From: Nemertoderma westbladi
Taxonomy: Eukaryota; Animalia; Xenacoelomorpha
DNA length: 64,000 nucleotides
Assembly: GCA_032718475.1 (NCBI GenBank)
Contig: JAUCBJ010008861.1
Span: 8,088-72,087, forward strand
Reading direction: 5' to 3'
This document shows positions 1 through 12,940 of this stretch, piece after piece. The stretch's first letter is position 1, and every line of letters starts with the position of its first letter. Under the pieces are notes generated by a model that ran no database searches, was not told the DNA's origin, and saw nothing but the letters and a program-made list of their open reading frames with translations. Position numbers and translations under genes: made by a program.

Positions 1-350
1 GTTGTTCGGTACATGTCTACTATGATGGGATAGATGAGCTTTAAACACTCAGGTATTTTAAAGACCTCAGGGGGAACACCATCTACTCCACTGGCACGAT
101 TGGTCTTAATGCTCTTTGCAGCAGCCTTCACTTCTGCAAAGGAGATATCGCCAATGGGAATATCTGGAAGTACAGACTCAGACACTTTTACTTCTATAAA
201 GTTATCAGGCAATACCCTGTCATTATTGAGGAGCTTTTCAAAGTGGGCTTTCCAACCATTGAGGCGATCGGCTGGTGATTCAGCCTTAACCTTGGTGGTT
301 GGTTGGCTTTTCCGCCCAGTAAGCAGATTGATTGATTTCCATGAGTTTCA
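1..350 (-). mobile_element. Non-LTR (LINE, RTE/CR1-like) ORF2 fragment just upstream of the RT core; runs off the window start
   Basis: Minus-strand translation ...WKAHFEKLLNN...ISFAEVKAAAKSIKTNRASGVDGVPPEVFK... matches the LINE 'KApGpDGip.E' pre-RT motif. Confidence 0.75.
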
Positions 351-374
351 CCAGTATCACGATGAATATTTCTG

Positions 375-2183
375 ATGTGGCTGATGATAGATACGTCCAC
401 GCACTAGTTGACAGATCAGTGGAATTATCGGTAGTGAATCCTTGACAGGTCACCTCCCTCGTGCTCACTTGCCCGTCTTCATCCGACGAACCTGGTTGAT
501 ATCCATCGTCTAGGATGCCGGCGTACGTATTCTTCCTTATTGTCACAGGATCTCTACTTACCTTCCTTTGGGGATTCCTTTGTAAATAACGGTCTGTTGG
601 AGTATGGAAATCTGCATGTAGCAGCTTGTGATTTAATCTACCGCACTCCACACATCCGTCTTTACTATTCGGGCACTGGCATCCACACATCCGTCTTTAC
701 TATTCGGGCACTGGTGTCGTACGTGACCTGGAGCAATTCATGCCCAACAGGTGTCTAATGTCCGCACTTGAACCCTTCGCTGTTCTGAACTTAGCTCCTT
801 GAAGCGTCTACAACTGTCCAATTTATGATCGTCTGATCTTATTTCCTTTAGTAGGCAAATTGATAACCTACAAATCCGTCTGGCAACTCCTGTTGCTTCG
901 TCCTGGGACTATCTGACCTCTCACCTGACCATACTCTGAAGGCAGGGTCTGGTCTGAAGGCAGGGGTATTCGGATTGTATTTGTCGATCGAGTTAAACGT
1001 CACAGTTGGTTTGTCTTTGTCGAAACTCACCATTGACCTTCCAATGGCAGGCCTCTCCCTCATGTTCTTTTCTGAGAAGTTCGACTTCAACTCTGCTACA
1101 GCGTCTGTGGCTATCATGTCGTGGATATGTCTGAGCATCAACACCTTGTCCTGACCCTCCAGTTTATTCTCTAATTTTCTCCACTTTTGTCGATAACTTA
1201 TGTTTAGGCGTCTTATTATACTCTTCAATACCTCTGAGTGATCATCATGATGGGGTAGATTCACCATCTTTAAAATATCTAGGGCGTTCGAAATGGCGTT
1301 GGATAAGTTCAACAGCTCCAATGGGATCGTAATTTTTCCGCCCTTGCCCAAATCCTCTACTATCAACTATTCTTGCTGCGCTATCTTCCTCCAATCGCGC
1401 CTTCTCTTTGTATAACAGTCGCCTTTCTCTCTCAAGCTCGAGTTCGCATTCTTTACATTTGCATTTGAGTTGAAATTCATGCTCCTTGTGCTCTCGTTCT
1501 TTCGCTTCACATTCGAGTTGAAGTTCGCATTCTTTCCGTTTGCATTCATCTTGAAGTTTGCGTTCCTTACATTCGTGTTCGACTTGAAGTTCGTGTTCCT
1601 TACGTTCGCATTCGACTTGAAGTTCGCGTTCTTTCGGTTCATGTTCTAGTTGCTCGCACTTACTTTTGTCCTCCAACTCTTGCAGATTCGCCTCCACTCT
1701 GCAGCGGCGCTCCTTTTCTCGTTCGTCTTCCTTCCTTGCTTCCGCCGTGCGTAAAATCTCCTTTTGTTGTTCATCCAACCGCCGTCTTCTTTCTTCTGCG
1801 GAGTTGTGAGAAAGAAGGGATCTAGTGCATATGACATTTCCTCGCACATGAGTAACCAATGAGTCTTCAATGTTTCTGGATGCATCGTCGGGTGGAGTAA
1901 GTGGCCTCCACTGGATATTCTCCATTGTCAGCAGTACCTCAGCTGGCACTACTACTCCACTCTGCATCAGCGAATTGGTGACTTCTCTCTGGTATCGGCA
2001 CTCCTCTTTGTCTTGAGTCTCTTCTAATTCTACTAGATCTCTTAATTCCGCATCACTTACTTGATTCATCTGTGCTTGTGAACCCCATAATAGCCAGTTT
2101 TCTGTCCTAACCCGTCGGAAACACTCTGATAGTGTACTGTGCTCCAATAAGGTTGGTAGGGCCTTATCGTATATCCGCGTCAC
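375..2183 (-). pseudogene. Degenerate BEL/Pao gag fragment (coiled-coil E/K/C repeats, DUF1759-like region, zinc-knuckle remnant)
   Basis: ORF 848-1366 (IVEDLGKGGKITIPLELLNLSNAISNAL...QKWRK) and ORF 286-690 (CVECGRLNHKLLHADFHTPT) align by eye with Gag of ORF 54110-61165 (VIEELCKGGAITKPVDLLKLADEIKNA...REWRK; CPSCGRNHDGLLHTDSHTPT); frameshifted. Confidence 0.8.
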
Positions 2184-2550
2184 TGTGATGGGATCAGAGA
2201 TCCCGACCGGGTTGTTAAAGTATGCATCACCGTTCTGCTGGGGATCGTGCAACTAGCTTTGGCCGAGGCCGTTTGGGAAAAACAGTGAAAGTTTCTGTTG
2301 TCTTTCGATATTAATTAATATGGACGATAATAGCATGCCAGTAAATGAGCAGAAAATACAGATTAATTGTTACTGGTATGGCGGTGGCGGTGATTAACTA
2401 TGACCAGTCTGCACTGACTGAACTGAATAACACAACTGACCGGTAAACCAGTAATGTAAGATAATATATGATTAACACATTGAATATTGGTTCACCTCCT
2501 ACTCTACTTTGGCCCTCTACCCAATGGATGCTTTCCTGTTCCCTATCACA
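2184..2550 (-). repeat. 3' LTR of family A
   Basis: Termini TGTGATGGG...CCCTATCACA (TG..CA with short inverted repeats); similar to 11937-12296 and to the inverted copy 20372-20687. Confidence 0.85.
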
Positions 2551-2563
2551 TGCTTCCCTCCCC
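2551..2563 (-). promoter_or_regulatory. Polypurine tract (PPT) of family A
   Basis: Minus strand reads GGGGAGGGAAGCA immediately before the LTR start TGTGA. Confidence 0.8.
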
Positions 2564-3553
2564 ACTATTGGCTAATATACTACTTGTCACTTTGGCACTC
2601 CCTGGGAGTGTTTCCCCTCCGCTGCTAGCCTCCACTAGCTGTATTCCCTCCGAGGTGATTTGACCTCTCACCTTTCTCTGTGGCTTTGGGGCTTGTGTCG
2701 CCCCCCCCCCCCCCCCCAATGTTGGTTATGATACGAGATTAATATTGGAAATCTCGTATCCCCAACATATTGCTAAAATGCCACTAGTCCCATTTTCTGG
2801 TGGGTAATGAAGTGGAATTGAATCCGCTTACACTCCCCCCATGCTATTTTCCCGGTGTGAAGATAGCATCAACCTTAAGTGCGCTTCAATTCCGCTGGAA
2901 CCCAATCTAATATCGGGTGTGGGGTGGAGTTCTATTCTCGGGGTTGGCTTTCCAGGCAGCCCACCCTGGGTGTGTTATTGCTAGCCCTCTTTGGTGCAAT
3001 CGAGAGCTATGTTGCACCAAGATATCTGACGTCTCTGTTAGAGACAATTGTGGACTCTCTTTCCACACAATTTTATACGACTTCGCTTTAAATTCACTCT
3101 AATCTCACTCTACTCTTTCTCTCACGGACCCTATTGTCCCTTACTCTCTCTCTTACTGCTCGCTCCCCACACTTGAATTGCACTCCTCTAGTTTCTACGC
3201 ACGTCAACACCTCATCTCCATACTTCCCTCATACTCCTATACTCAACCCATGCTTGTTTCACTCCACTCACCCCTGACGAGCCTCACCCTCCCCTTTTGT
3301 GCCATCGCACTCAAGAAATGTTATTCGTCTAGTGTCCCTTCTCCTGTCATAGTCAATTGGTCCCCAGTCCCAGTAGCTAGTTGGATAAAGGTTATATATG
3401 ACTATAGTATTTAGTTTGATTATATTCATTCTGATTATATTGATTATTACATACGTACATACTAATTGCACTTAATTGCTTTTGCACTTAGGAGTCCGTA
3501 TTATTTCCACATGTGGTGCCTTCCAGGCACACCCACATCTCCCCCTCTGAGTC

Positions 3554-5434
3554 CTAGTTCGCTCCTCCCATCTTCGGGAACCATCTTAGTTCTTTCCCTC
3601 TATCATTGTCCTGTCTGGGCCGCTTCCTTCCCTCTGGCTTGTACTCTCTGAGACTCCTCATTCTCGCCGTTACTGCCTTGCTTATTCCTGTGGTCGATTC
3701 TTTGGGCGCTGGTGTTATTAACTCCCGGTAACGCTTTGCAGGTGGCCCTTCCGAATGACCCTTCTGCTTCCCCCTGGTAGCGTCCCACAAGATCATTTTC
3801 ATGGTTTGCGGCACGTGTTCGCCAGAAAATCCCTGAACTCGCCTCTGTTTTCTGGTGTCCACCTGTCCAAGTACCTCTGTGTATTGATGACTCCTCCATA
3901 TGACGCCGATATCGCTACCTCTTGGTATGTAAATGGCAGTCTCCTCTTGATAATCTCCAGATGGGCTTCCTGATTGATGTTGAAGAAACCCTACCGGAAC
4001 TCCTGGGACTTCATCCTCTGTTGCCTCATAACGCCGACGTCGGCCCAATCCTCGAAGATCTTAAACTTCTCCTCGTCGTCCATCCAGTTGCACCGGCACC
4101 CATAGTGCCCTCGGAAGTTACACTTTGAGCAGCGGTTGTGCAGCCTCAGACATGCCCCCATTCTATGGCTCGACTCGCGGCAGTAGAGGCAACTCGTCCC
4201 CTTCTGAAATCGATACAAACAGCTCTTTTCCTGTTGAGTCAGCCTCCCGCAGTAATCACAGCCGTGTATCAACGCATCCCGCACCAAGTCGTCTTTTGCC
4301 CCGAGTGGTCTCCTCAGTCTGTGGAGCCGTTGGTAAGCAAACTTCTGGACATTAACGTCTCTATCCATATCCACGTCCTCCTCCCGCCTTGGCATCGTCT
4401 CCCCAAACACTACCTGTGGTGCCGTTCCTGGTTGCCCGCCCAACCTGATGATGCTCCCCGCCAAATCCATCGTGCTCCTCGTGCACCCAGGTCCGCTTGC
4501 CGGGTTTATCCCAGAAGGCCCTCGCCCCACTGGACGTCACCACTCTCCCACCCACCCAGTCTGTATCTGAGTGGCTGATCCTCTCGATGGGCGGCATCTC
4601 CCCGAACTCGTCATCATCTTCCTCCCTCGCTGGGAGTGGATCCAGACCAAGTATCCCAGTAGACCCACTGTGTCCTTTTCCGCCTTGGCTTCTACCCGTA
4701 ACTTTCCATCCTTCCTGTTCCCTCGGTCTTTTTCTTGCGGAATCGCCCTCAGAGCCCGCAGGCATGGGCATCACTTGCAATCCTGATGTCGACTGTTTCG
4801 GCGATTCTTCTGTCCATCCCTACTCCTCCCCCAGATACTCGCACGAGCTCCCTGATCCCCACCTCAGCTCGTCCAAGTTCTGGACCTCGAACCCGTAATA
4901 CTCCCCCCTTATCTCTACCTCTCTCTCATCCGCTTCTCTCCTTTCTTGCCTGGCGACTTCTTCCAGTCGCTTCTCTTCAAGTCTATATGCTTCCAGCTTC
5001 TCCCATCTCTTGTATGGTGTATCCTCCTCCCTGTCTACTAGGTGCTGGCTGTTGTAGTACACCAACTCCTTCAGCCCCAGGTGGACACCTTCGGAGGCCA
5101 CCTTAAAGGCTCTTCCGTAGTTTGGAGGTGATCCTGATAGCAGAAACGCCATCGGCTCTCTTCCGATAACCACGGCCATGAATAGGTTTAGTAAACCTAT
5201 CATTACCCAATCCTCCTGTAGGATATATCTCTTCTGATATATCTTTAATGCTCCTCTTCGGAACTGATGCACCTCCTGTTTCCCTGGCCTCGCTCCCCAC
5301 TTCAGCGAGTTCACCAGCTCCGCTCCGTACTCCTCCCGGAACTTGCCCCAGTCCATCGGCTTGTGGCAGACAAGGCCCATGAGCTGGCCCATCCCCACTG
5401 CTCCACAATGTCCTGTGTTCTCTACCACTCCCAA
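3554..5434 (-). pseudogene. Accessory (env-position) zinc-knuckle gene of family A, interrupted by stops and frameshifts
   Basis: ORFs 4820-5434 and 3991-4530; CLYCRESSHRMGAC and CSKCNFRGHYGCRC knuckles; homologous to 51746-53447. Confidence 0.7.
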
Positions 5435-5499
5435 AGTGCCAATTTTTCTTGGTTTTATTTTATTTTTCTAATGTTACCCCTGTCTGTGCTATCATCCTA

Positions 5500-6200
5500 T
5501 CTACCTTGCTACTTACTATGTACCCTACCACTACTATGCTATGCCTACATACCCTTTACTTTCTTACTACGTGGCACTCTCGGTGCCCACAACTTCTAAC
5601 TTCTATGGTACTATGTACCCTAATACTGGTACTATGGTATACCAAAATACCACTCCCTTCACTCTCTCACTACGTGGCGCTTTCGGTGCCCACAACCCTT
5701 CTGCTACTACCTCTATGGTATACCTACATACCATACCCTCTACTCTCTTACTACGTGGCGCTCTCGGTGCCCACAACCCTTCTGCTACTACCTCTATGGT
5801 ATACCTACATACCATACCCTCTACTCTCTTTCTACGTGGCGCTTTCGGTGCCCACAACCCCTAACTCTCTCGGTACTATGTACCCTACTACTACTCTCTT
5901 GGTATGTCTATATACCACACTCCCTAATCTCTAACTTCTAACTCTCCTCTTACTCTTACTGACTTCTACTAACTTTCTAACTTCTTACTCTTACGGTACT
6001 ATGTACCCCGCTACTCTCGTGGCATGTCAATATACCACACTCCCTAACTTCTAACTGCCTACGGCACTATGTACCCTGCTACTCTCGTGGTATGTCAATA
6101 TACCACACTCCCTAACTTCTAACTACTTACCTAGTGCTACGTATTATCTACTACTATTATTTTCTACTATCTCACTACTTATTTTATTATTTTCTTAATC
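5500..6200. repeat. Pyrimidine-rich imperfect tandem repeats (~81-bp and shorter units) between pol and the accessory ORF
   Basis: Recurring ctacgtggcgctttcggtgcccacaaccc and tatgtaccct / tataccacactccctaacttctaac units; partial inverted copy at 22860-23070. Confidence 0.8.
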
Positions 6201-6857
6201 TTAATCTTAAAATCCACTTTGTGTGGGAAGGGCGTCTTGCCCTCATTCCCACCCCCGTCAGTCCAACATATTGGACGACTAAACTTCAAGGGCGATTCTT
6301 CCAGCAGGCACTCTCCCACTGCCCCCTGTATGTCCTCTTATCCTTCGCCACACTCTCCTTGTCAATTCCAACTCTCTAGGAATTTATTCTCCCTCCTCCA
6401 CCACCCTACAATCGGGTCTTTTGGTCGCCTTCTTGATTTCCTCATGGCCACCTGGCATCAAAATGCCACCCTTCATCTTGTCGTCACCTGGCGGTAGAAT
6501 GAAAAGAAATCAAAAGAATAGATAAAACAGAATGGATAATAGTAATCCTATCCCTTTCCACCCTGTCTTCTTGTTTGACCTCCCCCTTTTCGGTATGCCA
6601 CTCAACCGGACTGGCGTCTCCTCCAGACACTTCTCCGGACATCTCGCCGTCCACTCTTCTCCATCCTCATACCGATACTTGCTGGGAACATCCTTGTTCC
6701 ATCCCATCGTCTCTAAGTCTTCCGCGTCAAATCCATTCTCCTCCGCCCACTCTCTTGCTGTTGCTTCCCCTCCTAACTTATCAACCGATGGTATTTCTCT
6801 GGAACTATCCTCTATCCTTTCACCACGCTCCACTATGCATGGTTCCAGATTCCATAC

Positions 6858-7123
6858 TACTAGGATCGGCATGCTGCATTGCAGCTGCATTTTTAAGAAT
6901 GCTGTGCTGGCTTGTCAACAAAATTGTGCACCGCCACAACTCCCTATCACCCATGACACTTGCTAGATCATCCGCATCTTTAAGGCCAGTGTCCTTTAAG
7001 ATGCGTCTCAAGAAAGTCATGGGCTGTCCACCATGCTTATTCACTCCATGAGGCTGCCAAAGTACAAGATTATGCACTGGCTGGTCCTCACGGCGAAAGC
7101 AATGTCCTGCAAAGCGGAGGCGA
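6858..7123 (-). mobile_element. Short RTE-like LINE 3'-end insertion with (TAG)n tail
   Basis: Encodes RLRFAGHCFRREDQPVHNLVLWQPHG...DRELWR (RTE C-terminus); 15-bp TSD TTCCAGATTCCATAC at 6843-6857 and 7124-7138. Confidence 0.85.
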
Positions 7124-7210
7124 TTCCAGATTCCATACCAAACTCCTGGTATCCTTCCCCAGGCTGCTTCTCATGTGGGACCTCCCCATCGCCCGTCTCT
7201 GGTTTCTCCT

Positions 7211-10200
7211 TTACGTCCTTAACAGTGCCTGATAGCATGCACCGTGATGTCTCCGACACCCTGAATGTAATCTTGGTTTTAATTGGGCCACTAAGCGTCC
7301 ATCCGAACAGCGTGAGAATCGCCGTCGGATCCCGCTGCTTATTCTCTCCGAATATGTCCGTACTCTCTTGTGGGCCGTCGGACAATCCATTCCGACTATG
7401 ATGGATACCTTCGAGACGTCCACTTCTGGTATTGAGAAATCGATATCGTCCAGGAACCAGTATTGCTTGACCTCGATCCTGGTGGGTAACCTGGCTTTTA
7501 TATTAATCGATTCTATTATCTGAATGGGGTCGATGATCGCCCCATAATCACATCCTGGTGCTATTGCTGATATCTCGCACCGTCCCGTCCTCATCTCCAG
7601 GACCTCATCCTTACTCAAGATAGTAGTTACCGCCATCCTACTCGGCCTCGTCTGTAACCCTATCTCCTCGGCCACCCAATTCTCCACCAGCATGAAGGCT
7701 GCTCCGCTGTCGACCAGCATCAATGTCGTGACTGATCGGCCGCCCTTTCGTGTTATCCTCACTGGTACTACGCCGAGTAGTACTTTCCTCTTTCTCCTTG
7801 CTCCCGTCGTGCTCGTAGCCATAGTTTGGCCTCCAGTCTCATCGTCTCCTATCGGTGTTTCTCTACACTCTCCGAATCTGTGTCCTTCTACCACGCATCG
7901 ATGACATAGTCCGTTTGTATCCGCGTAGGCTACACGATCTTGTTTAGGCAACGCTTGCCAATGCTTACAACTCATGGTCTTATGGGTCCCATCCCTATGC
8001 AATTGACATTCGTATCCTGGATTGTAGCACTCCCTGTATAGCCCTTCACGTATTGCGCGTAGATTCATATCTACCTGTTTAGTGTTTTGGTTATTTGGAC
8101 TCGGCCTACTGGGTGTGTTGGGATTATATTTATTCGTGTTGTTATTTTGTTTCGGTCCCTGCCATGGTGTGGCCCTACTTCCAGCTAACTGTGGACTTGT
8201 AGTCCCCTGCGTGGCTGCATGTGGTAGCGACTGTCTCAATCTTGGGAATGCATCTGCCGGATTGTGTTCGGGTTTTGGCCTGTTGTATTCGGCTTTCGGC
8301 GCCTTCCCCAAACTATCCTCACTGTAGACTCGGTCTGTAATCAACTCCGCTTCATAATTGAGGAAGTTCGACATTTCCTCTAGACCCGGTTCCGCACCTT
8401 TCTTCTCCCGGGTGGAGAAGGCGATCTTCCTCCATTTGTTTCTTAGCCAGATTGGCAGTGCCTGCACTATCGTGGTGATGTTATTTGATGCGTTGAGTTC
8501 GTATGGCGCATCCAAGGTCTTTAGCATGATTAGCGCCTACTCGACCTTATTCGCAAAAGTCTTTATACTGACAGGGTTATCCTGTAGGTCACCCGATGTT
8601 ACTCCCCTCAAGGTCTGCCAGATGATCTTGGCAGGGTGTCCGTATTCCCTGTCTAGGGCCCGCCATGCAGTCGTGAAGCCACCCTCGATGCCCTGATACT
8701 GCCTCACGATGTCGTACGCTGGGCCTCCTGTGTATACCTGTAGATATTTTAGGTACTCTGCCTGCGTCAGGTTTTTAGTTAATATTTTGTTACTGTACAT
8801 GCGCCGGAATTGCAGGTATTCTTCCGGCCTGCTTCCATCGAATTTAAATGGCTCTACAGGTGGTAGCTTGATTCTGGTCTTGAGTGCATCGATAAGTGTT
8901 GCCATTCCCATCGCCTGTGCTTCCAATGTGTTTGACGGATGCTGTACAGGCTCTTCTGTTGTTGGGTGCGGTCCGCCCGTCGGTCCTGTCGACCTTTTCT
9001 GTGTCGGATATATCATTGGGGGTAACGGCCCCCTCGATATCTCCGTATCGCACGATCTATTCTGATCCAAGGGGTTCGGGGTTTTTATTCTCGGCTGGGT
9101 GTATTGCTGATATTGTAATGGGGGAATGTCACCCTGCCCCCCCCCCCCCCCCTCACCGTTGTTATGTTTGGTACTGGGGTTGATGTTAATATATTGGGGC
9201 CCACACACCTATTGGCAATAACTCCCTCCTCCCCTGGGTATATGTTATATCCTTGCATATTATAGTCATACTGGTGTGCAGGTACCGGTATAGGCCTATC
9301 CATCTCTTGCCTACCTACCAGTATGTACACCGCGACTTCCGGATCTAATCCCGTTGTTAGCGCTACCCTATCGCCTACACTATCTCTTCCAGCATGGCCT
9401 ATAGTATGTGCAGTAAGGCCTACAGTATGTCCTGCAGTCTTCCTGTGTCCTTCCGGACCGAAGTTTAATCTTCTCGAATATTCCAAGAAGTCGTCCCCGC
9501 GACCACCGTACTCTTGATCGGCAGCTATATCCCGTCGGGAAGTTTCTCTTCGATCCCCTCTTCTGTCCTCGTCCTCGTGCCGGTATATCCTGTACCCTTC
9601 TCCCAGTGTATGGTATATTTCACCAGGCTGCGTCTCTCCAGGGCGAGGCAATCTCCCGGAGTTCGACCCCACTGACTCTCCAACTCCATTTCTGCTACTG
9701 ACGGATCGCTGTCCGTCCTTGCTCTCCAGTTGCTCATAGCAATGCTTCTTCTATTCTCTTCACTTCTTCTCTCTTCAGTGTAGCGATCCCTTTCGTGAGA
9801 CCTCTCTTTGACCTCCTGGATAAACTCCACTGTTCTTCTTCCGTCTTCCGACTGTGCTCGACGTCTCATCGCTTGCCTGCTCACAGCGCCAACTTCTCTC
9901 TCTTTACCCGGTTGGACGCTACTGGGGATATTCGCAATCCCCCTACTATTCTCTGTCATCGGGTGCCGCGGTTCACCTAACTTGGCCCGCGCATTATCCG
10001 CCGACGTTTGTGGGACATTCTCTACCCCCCCCCCCCCTCTTGCCACTAATCTCTCGTGGTGGGGCGCCCGTAGCCCCCCCCCCCCCCCCCATTCGCCACC
10101 TCTTACTTCGCTACCTCCTACTTCGCCTCTATGCCCCTCTCTAGTTGACGCACTATCTCTACTCCGGCTGGGTCTGCTCACCCCCGCCTCTCCCTGTGCG

Positions 10201-10771
10201 ACTGCATGGCCTTGCAGGCTCCCATTGGGTTGACTCACTCCCGCTACTCCCTGCCTAACTACTTGGCCTTGCAGGCTCCCATTGCGGTGACTCACCCCTG
10301 CTACTCCCTGCCTAACTACGTGGCCTTGCAGGCTCTTGCTGGTCGGACCACCTGTATCCCCTACATTCGTATTAATAGCAACGTTATCAATAGTATTATT
10401 GTCCAAATTATTTAAATTATTTTGTTCGGAATTGGGGTTATTATTACCAGGTAAAATATTATTTCCTACAACAAAGGTTTGATTAGGGTTGTCTACAACG
10501 GTACTATTAATATTAATTCCTTCTAATGTGTTATTATTACCCCCCCCCGCCCCCTAAGGTTACACCAGTCCTGGGTCTGTCGTCCGGTGCCTGTAAGTGG
10601 GGTATTAACAAACATTTCCATTACTTCTGGCTCCTGGTAAACACTACCCGAACCAGCCTCACTCTCCGATAGTTCCCAACTTTGCCAGTTCTAACCAGCG
10701 CTTTTGCTTCGCCTGGTATTGCATAAGCCCCCTTAGCCAGGTATGCATATCATCCCGCATACGCTTTCCAG

Positions 10772-10802
<31 letters not shown>

Positions 10803-11900
10803 CTCTCTCAAACTTTGGTCGGCCAACTCTGAAGTGGGCAGAGGCCAACTCTCAACCCTCCTCACCTCACGCTCTTTGCGCTCGTCCATCTCTCTCGCCT
10901 CTCGCTCTTTGCGCTCGTTCATCTCTATCTCTTCCCGCTCCCTACAGTTTCTCGACACCCTCTCGGCCCTCTCTTTATACTCCCTCGCTAACTCTCTCTC
11001 TTTCTCTAATAATGCGGTTCCCACGTCTAGTTGCCTCTCCAACTCCTGCTGATCCAGCGCCACAAGGTCTAGTTTACACGCCAGATCTATCTCTAACACC
11101 CTTCTTGCTCTTGCGGAGGATGTAGCGGACTTATCGGTCGCGACGGACTCCCGTCGCCTCTCTGTCCTACTAACTTTCCCCCGCTTTCTGGGGTTCTTGC
11201 TAACCAACGACACCAAATCCTCGGGGTTAACCTCGGGTTCGCCGTCGTGCGGGTCCCCCCAACCCACTAACTTAATTCCCCTAGCATCCACTAAGTAAGG
11301 CCCTACGTACACTACTTCAGGCTCCATTACCCCGGCCCGCCATAATTCAAACAGTTCCGTGGCGACCCCCCTTGGTCTCTCACTCGCCAGTTCTCCCTGT
11401 CCAAAACGGACTAAATATCGAAAATGTTTATTCGACTCACCTTGCCTCTGATGTAGTTTAGGCTGGTCTACCTTTCTCCTTTCCTTGGCCTCCTTAAGCA
11501 GTTTCTTGGTGGCGTTGTAGGCCCGTTGTAGCCGATCACTCGTCCCGATGTCCTCTTCACCAACTCCTCCTCCTCTCCTCGTCCGGCGTCGTACCGGCGG
11601 CTCCACCATCGCCGTTCTGGTAGGCCGTCCGCCACCCTCGACCTGTGGCTGGCCGGCAACTTTGGTACTCCGACCGCCGTCGTGCGTCAACTCGTCTCTC
11701 CTTCGTGGTTGACGGCCGCCCTCCGCTTGGGCTACCGGATCGTCCCTTGTCGGCGAATCCGGCATCGCTGGCCGATACCATCGCGTCGCAGCCTCACGGA
11801 TCGTTTGGTTGGTGTCATCCGGGGTCCGCGGCGGCGTCCTCTCTCCCTCTGATAATCGGGCGTTCCTTCCTCCGCCATCCTTCTATTTTTCTTTGTTCTT
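7211..11900 (-). pseudogene. Family A gag-protease, frameshifted over several ORFs
   Basis: KFDGSRPEEYLQF...YLQVYTGGPA (DUF1759-like), CHRCVVEGHRFGEC knuckle, protease LMLVDSGAAF, ILTLFGWTLSGP. Confidence 0.85.
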
Positions 11901-11926
11901 GCAGTCACAGTTTATTGGTAGGTGGC

Positions 11927-11936
11927 AGTTAATGAC
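11927..11936 (-). promoter_or_regulatory. Non-tRNA PBS of family A (GTCATTAACT), complementary to LTR segment 12136-12145
   Basis: Directly abuts the LTR end ...TCACA; no TGG; perfect reverse complement lies inside the LTR. Confidence 0.7.
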
Positions 11937-12296
11937 TGTGACGGGATCAGAGATCCCGACCAGGTTGTTAAATTACGCGTCACCGTTCTGCTGGGGATCG
12001 TGCTACTAGCTTTGGCCGAGGCAGAAAACAGTGAAAGTTTCTGTTGTCTTTCGATATTAATTAATATGGACGATAATAGCACGCCAGTAAATGAGCAGAA
12101 AATACAGATTAATTGTTACCGGTATGGCAGTGGCAGTCATTAACTATGAACGGTCTGCACTGACTGAACTGAATAACACAACTGACCGGTAAACCAGTAA
12201 TATAAGATAATATATGATTAACACATTGAATATTGGTTCACCTCCTATTCAACTTTAGTCCTCTACCCAATGGATGCTTTCGTGTTCCCTATCACG
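11937..12296 (-). repeat. 5' LTR of family A
   Basis: Direct repeat of 2184-2550 with scattered substitutions and a small deletion. Confidence 0.85.
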
Positions 12297-12709
12297 TCTA
12301 GCTCCCTTTCGCTTACCTGACTTACACTCGGTGGACTTGAGGGATTATTACGGGAACTCCGGGTGCTCCTCACAGCCACTGGGACCACGGCACTGACCAG
12401 ACTCACGGATCTGGAAACCGGGCTTTGGGCTCTTGCTCCAGCTAAACTGCCCTCCTTACTACTCACCTTGGGTTGGGCTGCTGTGCAATCCTTCTTTACA
12501 GTAGTAGTAGGGGACCCTATTAATATTACCTCACCTTGATCTTCTTCACTGGTCATTGTCTCATCCTCCTGTTCACTTACGTCAGCGTCACTCGCTGCAT
12601 CGTCATAGTCGGCATGGTCGTCAACAGTTATGTTGACACTGTCATCATTCGGTGATCCAGACGCCGTTTCATAGCTGTCCTCTAGTGCCTCCTTCTCTGA
12701 GACTCTCAT
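12297..12709 (-). pseudogene. Acidic, Ser-rich ORF N-terminus, probably the start of another gag cut by the family A LTR
   Basis: ATG after an AT-rich leader; composition resembles the gag N-termini at 28913 and 61165. Confidence 0.4.
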
Positions 12710-12940
12710 TGTTAAGTATATATTTTTGCCTTCCGGCTGAAATCTCGCAAAAATTCGAGATATAGTAATTTAATCGAATATTCGAATACATTTTTTGTCA
12801 AATAATTTGTTTTGTCTCAAATGTCAAATACGAAATTGGTTAATTCACAATAAAATAATATGAATTTAATTGTATAGTTACAGCAAAAACCAGTATAATA
12901 TTTAAACAAAATTGTAGCTCTATAGCTATTATACAGCATT

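Larger units (their letters stand above)
2184..12296 (-). mobile_element. Decayed BEL/Pao LTR retrotransposon, family A (LTR-gag-PR-pol remnant-tandem repeats-accessory ORF-PPT-LTR)
   Basis: ~365-bp direct repeats at both ends, polypurine tract next to the 3' LTR, Gag and protease ORFs; no clean TSD (gtcac vs (g)tctag), so the two LTRs may not come from one insertion. Confidence 0.75.
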
